From: an uncultured Thermoleophilia bacterium
GTDB lineage: Bacteria > Actinomycetota > Thermoleophilia > UBA2241
Direction: 5' to 3'
DNA length: 64,000 bases
Assembly (NCBI GenBank): GCA_963834905.1
Contig: CAWIDR010000021.1
Span: 447-64,446 of the forward strand
The notes below the pieces were generated by a model. It did no database searches and was not told the DNA's origin. It saw only the letters and a program-made list of their open reading frames with translations. Every line of letters starts with the position of its first letter. The first letter of the stretch is position 1. The position numbers and the translations under genes are program-made. Positions 11,946-24,317 of this stretch are shown one piece after another.

Positions 11946-14631
11946 ATGAGCACACGCAATCTCGACAAGCTCTTCGACCCCAACAGCATCGCCGTCATCG
12001 GCGCCAGCAACAAGAAGGGGTCAGTCGGCTACATCCTGTTGCGCAACCTGATCGGCGCCGAGTACCAGGGGATCGTCTACCCGGTCAACGTCTCGGCCCA
12101 GTCCGTGCAGGGCATCCAGGCCTACGCGAGCATCAGCCAGGTGCCGCGCAAGATCGACCTCGCCATCATCGCCGTGCCGGCCAAGAACGTGCCGCAGACG
12201 ATGCGCGAGTGCGGCGAGGCCGGCGTGGCCGGCGCCGTCATCGTCAGCTCCGGGTTCAAGGAGATCGGCAAGGAGGGCAAGCGCCTCGAGGATGAGGTCA
12301 AGTCCATCGCCGAGAGCTACGGCGTACGCATCGTCGGCCCCAACTGCCTCGGCTACATCCGGCCGGCGATGAACCTCAACGCCACGTTCGCCCACGTCAT
12401 CCCGCCGGCCGGGCGCGTCGCCTTCTTCAGCCAGAGCGGCGCCCTCGGCACCGCCATCCTCGACTGGGCGGCGGCCAACAACATCGGCTTCAGCGCCTTC
12501 GTGAGCGTGGGCTCCATGAGCGACGTCGACTTCGGCGACCTCATCGACTACTTCGGCGCCGACTCGCACACGAGCAGCATCATCCTCTACATCGAGTCGA
12601 TCACCGACGCGCGCAAGTTCATGAGCGCGGCCAGGCACTTCGCCAAGAGCAAGCCGATCATCGTCGTGAAGAGCGGCCGCACGGCGCGCAGCGCGCTCGC
12701 GGCCGCCAGCCACACCGGCGCCATCGCCGGCGACGACACGCTCTACAGCGCCGTCTTCCGCCGCGCCGGCGTGGTCCGCGTCGACCAGATCGAGGACCTG
12801 TTCGACGCCAGCGAGGCGCTCAGTCGCGTGAGCAGCCCGCGCGGGCCGCACCTCGGCATCGTCACCAACGCCGGCGGCCCCGGCGTCATGGCCAGCGACC
12901 GCCTGCTGCACCTCGGCGGCGAGCTCGCCGAACTCACGCCGGAGACCGACGCGAAGCTGAAGGCCGCGCTGCCCGGGTTCGCGGCGCGCGGCAACCCCGT
13001 CGACGTCGCCGGAGACGCCGACGCAGAGCGCTACGCCATCGCGGCCCAGGCCCTCATGGACGACCCCAACTGCGACGGCGTGCTCGCCATCCTCACGCCG
13101 CAGGCGATGAGCGACCCCACCGGTACCGCAAACGCACTCATCGAGGTCGCGCGCAGCCACCAGCTCAAGCCGCTGCTGACCTCGTTCATGGGTGAGATCA
13201 AGGTCGCGGAGGCGCTGCGCATCCTGCGCAACGCCCACGTGCCCACCTTCGGCACCCCCGAGGACGCGGTGGGCGCCTACATGTACATGTACCAGTACAC
13301 GCGCAACCTCGCGAACCTCTACGAGACGCCGGCCGACATCCTTCCCGACTTCGAGCCGGACAGGGATGCGGTCAAGAAGATCTTCCTGGACGTGGCGCAC
13401 GACGGGCGCAGCATCCTGAGCGAGCCCGAGGCCAAGGACGTGTTCGACGCGTACCAGATCTGCGTCGTCAAGACGCTCGTCGCCAGGACGGCGGAGGAGT
13501 GCGCCAAGGCGGCCGAGGAGATCGGCTTCCCGGTGGCCATCAAGATCCTCAGCCACGACATCACCCACAAGAGCGACGTGGGCGGCATCGCCCTCAACGT
13601 CCGATCCGCTCCCGAGGCCGCCAACCAGTTCGTCAAGATCACCGAGCGCGTCCACGAGGGCCAACCCGGACGCGACCATCATCGGCGTCGCCGTCGAGGC
13701 GATGAGCCGCGGCGGCTACGAGGTCATCCTCGGCTCCAAGAAGGACCCCACCTTCGGCCCCGCGATGATGTTCGGCATGGGCGGCACCGGCGTCGAGCTC
13801 TACCGTGACGTCGCCGTCGACTTCCCGCCCGTCAACCAGGCGCTCGCGCAGGCGATGATCCAGAGCACCAAGGTGAGCCAGTTGCTCCGCGGCTACCGCG
13901 GCAAGGCTCCGGTCGACATGGTGGCGCTCGAGCAGGCGCTGGTGAAGATGAGCTACCTGCTCGTCGACTTCCCCGAGATCCTCGAGATGGACATCAACCC
14001 GCTGCAGGTGCGCACCGACGGCGTGTGCGCCCTCGACGCGCGCATCGTCATCGAGCCCAAGGACGTGCGCAAGATCACCCTGCCCGGCGCCCACCTCATG
14101 ATCTCCATGTATCCCAGCAAGTACCGCTGGGAGGTGCCGCTGGACGGCGAGGACGTCCTCATCCGCGCCATCAAGCCGGAGGACGAGCCGATCTGGAGCG
14201 ACATGATCGAGTCCCTCTCCCCCGCCACCGCCGAGTACCGCTTCTTCGGGCCCATCCGCGAGGTCACCAAGTCGATGCTGGTGCGCTACTGCCACATCGA
14301 CTACGACCGCGAGATCGCGCTGGTCGCCATCCGCGAGCCCAAGGGCAAGAAGAAGCGGATGATGCTCGGCGTCGCGCGGCTCACGATCGAGACCGCCAAC
14401 ATCGAGGAGGGCGAGTTCGCGATCGTCGTCCGCGACGCCTACCAGCGCAAGGGCATCGGCAGCAAGCTCATGGACGCGCTCATCCAGGCGGCCCGCGACC
14501 GGCACGTGCGCGAGATCCGCGGCCACGTGCTGGCGGCCAACCCGGGCATGACCCGGTTCGCCGAGGACCTCGGGTTCGACGTGCGTTCCGGCGACGAGCC
14601 GGACGTCCGCCAGTTGGTGCTCCGGCTCTAG
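11946..14631 (+). CDS. Acyl-CoA ligase (NDP-forming)-GNAT fusion, Pat/Pka-type protein lysine acetyltransferase (frameshift near 13660)
   Basis: SIAVIGAS CoA-binding, GPNCLG, SQSGAL, SHTG, ATP-grasp ITHKSDVGG, C-terminal GNAT (YQRKGIGSKL). Confidence 0.88.
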
Positions 14632-14632
14632 C

Positions 14633-15526
14633 ATGGAGCGGCGGACCGGGCCGGAGCCGCCGGGGGCGTTCGTCACCGCCGCCGGCCTCCGCCTGCACTA
14701 CGTGCGCGCCGGCCAGGGTCCGCCGCTCGTCTACATCCACGGCGCCAAAGGCTCCGTGTACGACTTCACGCTCTCGGTGGGCAGCCGCCTCGCGGAGCGC
14801 TTCACGGCGGTCGCGATCGACCGGCCGGGCTCGGGCTTCAGCGCCCGGCCGCCGAACGGCGAGAACTCGCCCCAGGCCCAGGCGGCGGTGCTCCGCGCCG
14901 CCGCGGCGGAGCTGGGGCTCGAACGCCCGATCCTGCTCGGCCACTCCTTCGGCGCCTCCGTCGCCCTCGCCTGGGCGCTCGCGGCGCCGCACGACGTGGC
15001 CGCCGTCGTCACCCTGGGCGGCTACGTGCTCCCCATCGGCGGGCCGCCGGCGTGGGTGGTCGCGCTCCTGCGCAGCCCGACCGCGCTCCGCGCCGTAGGC
15101 GCGATCGGCCGCTCCCGCGTCGGACGGCCGCTCGTCCGCGGCGCCGTGGACCGGGCGTTCTTCCCGGGCAGCCCCCCACCCGACTACGTACGCATCGCGC
15201 CGGCGCTGGCGCTCCAGACGGCCAACCTGATCGGCGACGGCGCCGACCGCAAGGCCGCCGAGGAGGGCCTCGCCGCACTCCGGCCCCTCTATCCCGGATT
15301 GCTCGTGCCGCTCGTGATCCTCGTCGGCGCCGAGGACCGCATGGTCCCGCCCGCCCTGTCCGTGAGGCTGCACGCGCTGGTCCCGGGATCCGAGCTCGTG
15401 CGCGTCCCCGGCGCCGGCCACATGCCGCAGTTCACGGCGCCGGACGCCGTCGTGGCCGCGGTGGACCGCGCGGCCGCGCTCGCCGGCGCCGCGTCGCCGT
15501 TTGCTTCCCCCGGGGCGCTTGGGTAG
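14633..15526 (+). CDS. Alpha/beta hydrolase
   Basis: YIHGA, DRPGSG, GHSFG nucleophile elbow, GAEDRMV, GAGHM. Confidence 0.9.
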   Translation: MERRTGPEPPGAFVTAAGLRLHYVRAGQGPPLVYIHGAKGSVYDFTLSVGSRLAERFTAVAIDRPGSGFSARPPNGENSPQAQAAVLRAAAAELGLERPILLGHSFGASVALAWALAAPHDVAAVVTLGGYVLPIGGPPAWVVALLRSPTALRAVGAIGRSRVGRPLVRGAVDRAFFPGSPPPDYVRIAPALALQTANLIGDGADRKAAEEGLAALRPLYPGLLVPLVILVGAEDRMVPPALSVRLHALVPGSELVRVPGAGHMPQFTAPDAVVAAVDRAAALAGAASPFASPGALG

Positions 15527-15536
15527 CCTAGACAAC

Positions 15537-15806
15537 GGTCGCGCTAGGCGGGGAGCCAGCGGTGCCCTGTACCCGCAATCCGCTACAGCGGGGCTGAATT
15601 CCCGCCCGAGGGGCCGTTCCGCGAGGCTGTCAGCTGTGTCGCGGCGTTGAAGGTCGGGTCCTACGCAATGGAACCCTGCGAACCCCGTCAGGTCCGGGAG
15701 GAAGCAGCGGTAAGCAGGCCATTCCATGTGCCGTGGGGTCGCCTGACCCGAGCTTGCGCACAGCGAGGACGCTCGGAGAACGCGCTTCGACGGCGGGTGC
15801 GCGACC
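15537..15806 (+). ncRNA. ffs: Signal recognition particle RNA, large bacterial type with Alu domain
   Basis: S-domain motif TCAGGTCCGGGAGGAAGCAGC at about 15688-15708; 5' GGGGAGCCAGCGGTGCCCTGTACCCGCAATCCGC Alu segment; ends pair (GGTCGCGC/GCGCGACC); upstream of dnaX. Confidence 0.9.
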
Positions 15807-15912
15807 ACTTTTTCTCTCTTCGGGTAGACTATGCTCGTAGTCATGTCCCACACGGAGTGCATTGGCGACTCGCCGGGACGGATTCCAGGCAGCGAGGTGG
15901 ACTAGCCGTCCA

Positions 15913-17783
15913 ATGAAGCGCTCTCTCTACCGCGAGTACCGCCCCCAGACCTTCTCCGAGCTCGTCGGACAGGACCATGTCGCGCGCACCCTGCGCAACG
16001 CGGTCGAGACCGACCAGGTCGCCCACGCCTACATCTTCGCGGGGCCGCGCGGCACCGGGAAGACGAGCACCGCGCGCATCCTGGCCAAGGCGCTCAACTG
16101 CGTCGGCGCCGACGGCGCCGGGGACCGTCCCACGGCCACCCCCTGCGGCGTCTGCCGCCACTGCGTCGCCATCGCCGACGGCACGTCGCTGGACGTCATC
16201 GAGATGGACGCCGCCTCCAACCGCAGCATCGACGACGTGCGCGACCTGCGCGACAAGATCGCCTTCGCGCCGGTCGACGGCCGCTTCAAGGTCTACATCG
16301 TGGACGAGGTCCACATGCTCACGCGCGAGGCCTTCAACGCGCTGCTCAAGACGCTGGAGGAGCCGCCGGACAACGTCGTCTTCGTGCTGGCGACCACCGA
16401 GGCGCACAAGATCCCCGAGACGATCGTCTCGCGCTGCCAGCGGTTCGACTTCCACCGCCCCCAGGTGACGGACATCGTGCACCTTCTCGCCGGGATCGTG
16501 GAGCGCGAGAACGCGCGCCCCGACGACGAGCGCGGCGGCCCGCCCATCGTCATCCAGACCGAGGCGCTGCACATCATCGCGCGCCACTCGCAGGGCGGGT
16601 TCCGCGACGCCATCGGCACCCTGGACAAGCTGGTCACCTACTCCGAGGGCACGATCGCGTCCGCCGACGTGCTGGAGGCGCTGGGCGTCACCAGCAGCGA
16701 CCTGCTCTTCGAGATCACCGACATCGTCATCGAGCGGCGCACGGCCGAGGCGCTCCAGTTCGTCCAGCGCCTCGCCAACGAGGGCACCGACTACTCGCAG
16801 TTCATCCGCGACCTGCTGCGCCACCTGCGCCAGCTGTTCCTGCTCCAGCACCTGGAGGATGCGGCCAGCGACGAGGCGACGCTGCGCACGCTGGGACACA
16901 CCGTGGAGCTCGACGGCGAGCTGTTCCGCGAGCAGTTGCAGCGCGCCGGGCAGGTCTCGCCGCGCGAGGTCGTGTTCTTCATCGAGTCGCTCGGGCAGGC
17001 CCAGCGCGAGATCCGCGACGGCCTCGACCCGCGGCTGCAGGTCGAGCTCGCGCTCGTCAAGGTGACGCGGCCGGAGCTCGACCACACAGAATCCGCCCTC
17101 GAAGAGCGCCTGCGGCGCCTCGAGGCCGCGGCGGCCGGAGCCGGCCGTCCACCGGCCGCCCCGCGCGCGGAGCCGGCCAAGGCCCGGCCCGAGAAGGCCG
17201 CGGCGGCCGAGGCCGCCCCTGAGAAGGCCGCGCCCGCAGGGCCGGCGGCCGAGCCCCCGCGGCCGCAGAGCCCGCGCCGCCCGCGGCGCAGCCGGAGCGC
17301 CCGCCGCAGCCCGGGACCGCCGGCCCGGTCGCGCCGGAGCCGGAGCCCGCAGCCCGCCCGGCGCCTGAGCCGGCGACGGCCGACGCCGCTCCCGCGCAGG
17401 AGCTCACGCTCGAGCGCGTCAAGCGCGCCTGGGAGCTCATCCTGCAGCGCGTGCAGGCCGTCCGCGTGCCCCTGTACGGCTTCTTGCGCGACGGCCGCCC
17501 GTCCGCCCTCGAGGGAGACGCGCTCACCGTGGCGCTGCCGTCGGAGTTCGCTCTCCGCAACGCGGCCCAGAACGACAACGCCGATGTCCTCGCCGCCGCC
17601 GTGGAGGGCGTCCTGGGACGCCGCGTCACGGCGCGGTTCGAGCTGGCCTCCGGCGCCGCGGCCCAGGCCGCAGCTCCGGCCGCTCCCGCCGCGCCGCCGG
17701 CGACGTCCCTCCCCGATTTCACCGACCAGATCCGTGCCGCGCAGGCCAAGCTCGATGCCGAGCTGCTGCCGGACGAGTCATAA
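15913..17783 (+). CDS. dnaX: DNA polymerase III subunit gamma/tau (frameshift in the Pro/Ala linker near 17250-17380)
   Basis: SLYREYRPQTF, GPRGTGKT, CGVCRHC, DEVHML, SRCQRF; C-terminal domain in ORF 17451..17783. Confidence 0.93.
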
Positions 17784-17793
17784 GGAGACCATC

Positions 17794-18120
17794 GTGGCCA
17801 ATCCTCAGTACAACAAGATGATGAAGCAGGTCCAGGAGATGCAGCGCAAGATGGCGCAGGCTCAGGAGGAGCTCGCCGTCGAGACCGTCGAGGCGAGCGC
17901 CGGCGGCGGCGTCGTGACCGTGGTGGTCACCGGCTCGCTCGAGATCAAGGAAGTCCGCATCAACCCGGACGCCGTGGATCCCGAGGACGTCGAGATGCTC
18001 CAGGACCTCGTCGTCGCAGCCACCAACGAGGCGCTGCGCGCCGCCCAGGACCTCGCCAGCACCAAGCTCGGCGGCGCCACCGGCGGCCTCGACCTGCCCA
18101 ACATCCCCGGCCTGTTCTAA
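17794..18120 (+). CDS. ybaB: YbaB/EbfC nucleoid-associated protein
   Basis: MMKQVQEMQRKMAQAQEEL, ASAGGGVVTV, DVEMLQDLV; TAAGGAG RBS; dnaX-ybaB-recR synteny. Confidence 0.93.
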   Translation: MANPQYNKMMKQVQEMQRKMAQAQEELAVETVEASAGGGVVTVVVTGSLEIKEVRINPDAVDPEDVEMLQDLVVAATNEALRAAQDLASTKLGGATGGLDLPNIPGLF

Positions 18121-18206
18121 GCCGCCCCTGCCGTCGCCGGCGGCGGCATGCGCCGATCCTCGCGTGGCATCGTCGTCGCCGGCGGCATGGCATGCGCCGA
18201 TCGTCG

Positions 18207-18339
18207 CGTGGCGTCATGGATGATGCCTCGGGTGGCGTCATGAGCAGCGTCACCGGGTGGCGTCACCGGTGGCGTCATGGGTGGCGTCATGGGTGGCGTC
18301 ACCGGTGGCGTCATGGGTGGCGTCATGGGTGGCGTCGAT
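18207..18339. repeat. 12-bp tandem repeat GGTGGCGTCA(TG/CC), 7 contiguous units plus degenerate ones
   Basis: Contiguous units 18256-18339 in order ACC,ATG,ATG,ACC,ATG,ATG,GAT; related copies at 18207, 18231, 18243. Confidence 0.9.
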
Positions 18340-18752
18340 CGACGACGCATACCCCCGACCCATCCGAGCTGACGGCCGCGGGGAATGGCGGCGTCCGGCG
18401 GAGTCCCAGCGACGTCGCGCGCGAGAGGCTGCCGGGCGGGGCGATGAAGCGCCCGGCGGCTCCCTCGGCTTGCAGCCTGGAGAACGCGCGTTTAGACTGT
18501 GCATATCGGACTCCATCAAGTCCTGAATGCGGCCTTTCCGGCGCGCCGCTCCGCCTCCTCCGCTCGGACACGCAGCCGGGAGCGCTCGACCAGACCGTTC
18601 TGGGCGTCGGCGAAGCGAAGAACACCCCCGTCGCGTTGCCGCTTCGAACGTAAGCGAGTAAACTACGTAGCTGGTCTGCGGGCGCCGGCGACGGCGCCCG
18701 AATCATGCAACTGCAGTGCATAGCAAGTCGCGCACTGCGGGAGTCGATGGGA

Positions 18753-19355
18753 ATGTATGCAGCTCCGGTCGAGCGCCTGATCACCGAGTTCTCCAAGCTC
18801 CCCGGCATCGGTCCCCGCACCGCCCAGCGCCTCACCTTCCACCTGCTCCGGCTGCGCCCGGACGAGGTGCTGCCGCTGGCGGCGGCGATCGTCGAGGTCA
18901 AGGAGAAGATCGGGTTCTGCACGCCGCTGCTTCAACCTGGCCGAGGGCGAGCTGTGCACCATCTGCGCCGACCCGCGGCGCGACCCCCGGCGCTCTGCGT
19001 CGTCGAGCAGCCGTTCGATGTGGTCACCATCGAGCGCACGCGCGAGTTCCACGGCTACTACCACGTCCTCGGCGGGGCGCTCAGCCCCATCGACGGCGTC
19101 GACCCAGAGGACCTGCACATGGCGGAGCTCCTCACACGCGTGGACGACGACGTCACCGAAGTGATCGTGGCGACCAATCCGACCATGACGGGCGAGGCGA
19201 CGGCGATGTACGTCGCCGACCTGCTGCCGGAGCGAGTACGCGTCACGCGACTCGCCAGCGGCCTCCCGGTGGGCGGCGACCTTGAATACGCCGACGAGCT
19301 GACACTGGGCCGCGCCCTCACGGGGCGTCGCGACGTGCGGCACGGAGAGGAGTGA
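18753..19355 (+). CDS. recR: Recombination mediator RecR (compensating frameshifts in the Zn finger near 18920-18990)
   Basis: KLPGIGPRTAQRL, YHVLGGALSPIDG, IVATNPTMTGEATA, GGDLEYADELTL. Confidence 0.93.
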   Translation: MYAAPVERLITEFSKLPGIGPRTAQRLTFHLLRLRPDEVLPLAAAIVEVKEKIGFCTPLLQPGRGRAVHHLRRPAARPPALCVVEQPFDVVTIERTREFHGYYHVLGGALSPIDGVDPEDLHMAELLTRVDDDVTEVIVATNPTMTGEATAMYVADLLPERVRVTRLASGLPVGGDLEYADELTLGRALTGRRDVRHGEE

Positions 19356-19357
19356 AG

Positions 19358-19967
19358 ATGGCGACGAAGACCGGCAAGAAGGACGTGAAGGCGCACGCCC
19401 GCCCTCACGGAGATCCGCTGGCACGGCCGCGGCGGGCAGGGCGCCGTCACCGCGGCCAAGATGGTGGCCGAGCTGGCCCTTGGCGAGGGCAAGTACTTCC
19501 AGGCCTTCCCCGAGTACGGGCCGGAGCGTTCCGGCGCGCCGATCGTCGCGTTCACGCGCGTCAGCGACGCGCCGATCCAGGTGTACTCGGGCATCGAGCA
19601 CCCGCAGATCGTGGTCGTGCTCGACTCGTCCCTGCTGAAGATCGTCGACGTCACCAAGGGCGCGCCCGACGACGCCATCGTGCTCGTCAACAGCGAGCGC
19701 TCGCCGGCCCAGCTCCGCAAGGACTCCGGCCTCAAGGGCGGCCGCCTCTACACCATCGCCGCGACCCGCATCGCGGTCGAGACCATCAAGCGTCCCATCC
19801 CGAACACGCCGATGGTCGGCGCGCTCACGCGCATCACCGGGCTGTTCGACATCGATGACGTCGTCACGTTCCTGCGCGAGGACTTCGGCAAGAAGTTCCC
19901 GCCCAAGGTCGTCGAGGGCAACATCGCCGCCATCACTCGCAGCTACGAGGAGGTCCAGGGCGAATGA
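19358..19967 (+). CDS. porC: 2-oxoacid (pyruvate):ferredoxin oxidoreductase gamma subunit (frameshift near 19400)
   Basis: EIRWHGRGGQGAVTAAK, AFPEYGPERSGAP, IPNTPMVGA. Confidence 0.92.
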
Positions 19968-20355
19968 CCGTGGACAAGAAGGCAGGCGCAAAGAAGCCGG
20001 CGCCGCTCAAGAAGCCCGCGGCGCGCAAGGCGCCCGCCAAGAAGAAGCCGACGTGGGACATCAGCGACGTCGACCAGTGGGGTCCTGAGCGGCACGAGCT
20101 CGGCGCCACCATCATCGAGGCCGGCAACTCCGTCTACAACGAGACCGGCGGCTGGCGCTCCCTCGTCCCCGAGATCGACGTCGGACGAAGTGCGACGGCT
20201 GCATGCTGTGCTACTTCTACTGCCCCGACGCCTCGATCATCATCGAGGACAACAAGGCGACGGGCATCGACCTCGAGCACTGCAAGGGCTGCGGCATCTG
20301 CGCCAAGGAGTGCCCGACCAAGGCCATCGTCATGCAGATCGACAAGAAGGAGTGA
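19964..20355 (+). CDS. porD: 2-oxoacid:ferredoxin oxidoreductase delta subunit, 2x[4Fe-4S] (frameshift near 20180)
   Basis: TGGWRSLVP, then CDGCMLCYFYCPD and HCKGCGICAKECPTKAI. Confidence 0.9.
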
Positions 20356-20357
20356 CC

Positions 20358-21560
20358 GTGGCTGTCACTGAATCCGAGATCCTCGCAGTCACCGGGAACG
20401 AGGCCGTCGCCGAGGCGATGGGCCAGATCGACCCCGACGTCGTCTGCGCCTACCCCATCACGCCGCAGACCGAGGTCGTGCAGCTCTACGCCCAGATGGT
20501 CGCCGACGGCAAGGTCGCGACCGAGTTCGTCACCGTCGAGAGCGAGCACAGCGCCATGAGCGCCGTGATCGGCTCCGCCGCCGGCGGCGCGCGGACGATG
20601 ACGGCGACCTCCTCCCAGGGCTTCGCCCTCATGTGGGAGGTCCTCTTCGTCGCCGCGAGCTACCGGCTCCCCGTCGTCATGACCACGGTGAACCGCGCGC
20701 TCTCCGGCCCCATCAACATCCACTGCGACCACAGCGACACCATGGGCGGCCGGGACACCGGCTGGGTCCAGCTCTACGGCGAGAACCACCAGGAGGCCTA
20801 CGACAACTGCATCCAGGCCATCCGCATCGCCGAGCACATGGACGTGCGCCTGCCGGTCATGCACATGTACGACGGCTACGTCATCAGCGGCGCCATCGGG
20901 CCGCTGCAGATGCTCACCAAGGAGCAGGTGCAGAAGTTCATCGGCCCGTACCGGCCGACGAACCCCATGCTCGACGCCAAGAACCCCGTCACCGTCGGCC
21001 CGTTCGACGGCCTGCACGGCTGGTACTTCGAGCACAAGGTGGCCCAGAACCGGGCCATGGACCGCTCCCTGCAGGTCATCCAGGACGTCGCCGACGAGTA
21101 CGCCGAGCTCAGCGGCCGCAAGTACGGGCTGCTCGAGCCGTACCGCCTCGAGGACGCCGAGGTCGCCATCGTCGTCGTCGGCTCCACCGCCGGCACGACG
21201 CGGATGACGGTCGACAAGCTGCGCGCCCGCGGCGTCAAGGCCGGCATGGTGCGCGTGCGCGCGTTCCGGCCGTTCCCGCACGCGGCGTACGCCGAGGCGC
21301 TCCAGCACGTGAAGGTCGTGGGCGTCATGGACCGCGCCGATTCGTTCGGCGCCCAGGGCGGCCCCGTCTTCCTCGAGGTCCGCAGCGCCCTCTACGACTG
21401 CGACCCGCGTCCCCAGGTCCTGCCGTTCATCTACGGCCTGGGCGGGCGGGACATCTTCCCCGACAACATCGAGCAGGCGTTCGCCGAGCTCGAGAAGACC
21501 GCCAAGAGCAAGCAGCGCGCCAGCACCGAGCGGCGCTACCTGAATCTGCGCAAGGACTGA
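20358..21560 (+). CDS. porA: 2-oxoacid:ferredoxin oxidoreductase alpha subunit
   Basis: TGNEAVA, AYPITPQTE, VESEHSAMS, TATSSQG, NRALSGPINIHCDHSD, YGLGGRD. Confidence 0.95.
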   Translation: MAVTESEILAVTGNEAVAEAMGQIDPDVVCAYPITPQTEVVQLYAQMVADGKVATEFVTVESEHSAMSAVIGSAAGGARTMTATSSQGFALMWEVLFVAASYRLPVVMTTVNRALSGPINIHCDHSDTMGGRDTGWVQLYGENHQEAYDNCIQAIRIAEHMDVRLPVMHMYDGYVISGAIGPLQMLTKEQVQKFIGPYRPTNPMLDAKNPVTVGPFDGLHGWYFEHKVAQNRAMDRSLQVIQDVADEYAELSGRKYGLLEPYRLEDAEVAIVVVGSTAGTTRMTVDKLRARGVKAGMVRVRAFRPFPHAAYAEALQHVKVVGVMDRADSFGAQGGPVFLEVRSALYDCDPRPQVLPFIYGLGGRDIFPDNIEQAFAELEKTAKSKQRASTERRYLNLRKD

Positions 21561-21570
21561 GGTGACACGG

Positions 21571-22386
21571 ATGCCGAGAAGGAACGGCACGACCACCGAG
21601 CCCAAGGGCTCGGCTCTCTACGAAGTCCTCAAGGGGATCGACTTCGAGCGCCGCGAGCTCGTGGACAAGACACGCGGCGTAGGGCTCTTCGACCTCGTCA
21701 AGGACAAGGCCGGCGCCTACAAGTGCTACGCCTGCACGCTGTGCGAGCGCACCTGCCCCGTGGACTGCATCGAGATCGACTACTGCCCCGAGTTCGAGGA
21801 ACTGCCCTTCGACATCGAGGCCGAACGCGCCGCCGCCCTGCTCACCCTGCCGGGTGAGAGCTGCGGCGCCAACGCCGCCTGCGTCATGGGCGAGCAGCCG
21901 GCCGGCTTCGTGCCGGAGATCGACATGAAGCTCTTCGACCCCGTCGTCGCCGCCATCCGCGCCGGCTCCGGCCTGGTCGAGGCCCTGCACACCACGCAGG
22001 AGGCCTTCGGCTACCTGCCGCGCGTCGCGCTCGAGGACATCGCCGAGGAGATGCACCTGCCGTTCTCGCGCGTCTTCGGCGTCGCCAGCTTCTACGGCCA
22101 GTTCCGTCTGGTCCCTGTGGGCAAGTACGTCATCGACGTGTGCATGGGCACCGCCTGCCACGTCGCCGGCGCGCCGCTCGTCGTCGAGGCCTTCAGCCAG
22201 GAGCTCGACATCCCGGTGGGCAGGCACCACGCCCGACGGCCTGTTCACTCTCCAGACGGTGAACTGCGTCGGCGCCTGCGCCCTGGCGCCGGTCGGTGCG
22301 CCTCGGCGACGAGGAGACCATCGGGCGCGTGGGCCCAACGAGGCGCGCAAGCTCGTCCGCAAGCTTCGCAAGGCGGAGGTGCCGGC

Positions 22387-22390
<4 letters not shown>
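21571..22390 (+). CDS. NuoE/HydC-like [2Fe-2S] subunit with an N-terminal NuoI-like single 4Fe-4S motif (frameshifted)
   Basis: [52 protein letters not shown]; inserting one A at about 22390 gives an ATGA stop/start overlap with the next gene. Confidence 0.85.

Positions 22391-24313
<1,923 letters not shown>

Positions 24314-24317
<4 letters not shown>

Noticed and set aside
17200-17400. Programmed ribosomal frameshift in dnaX (gamma/tau)
   Set aside because: No A-AAA-AAG or poly-A slippery site; the shift lies in a GC-rich linker and matches the window-wide indel noise.
18207-18339. CRISPR array
   Set aside because: Units are 12 bp and contiguous with no unique spacers; no cas genes in the window.
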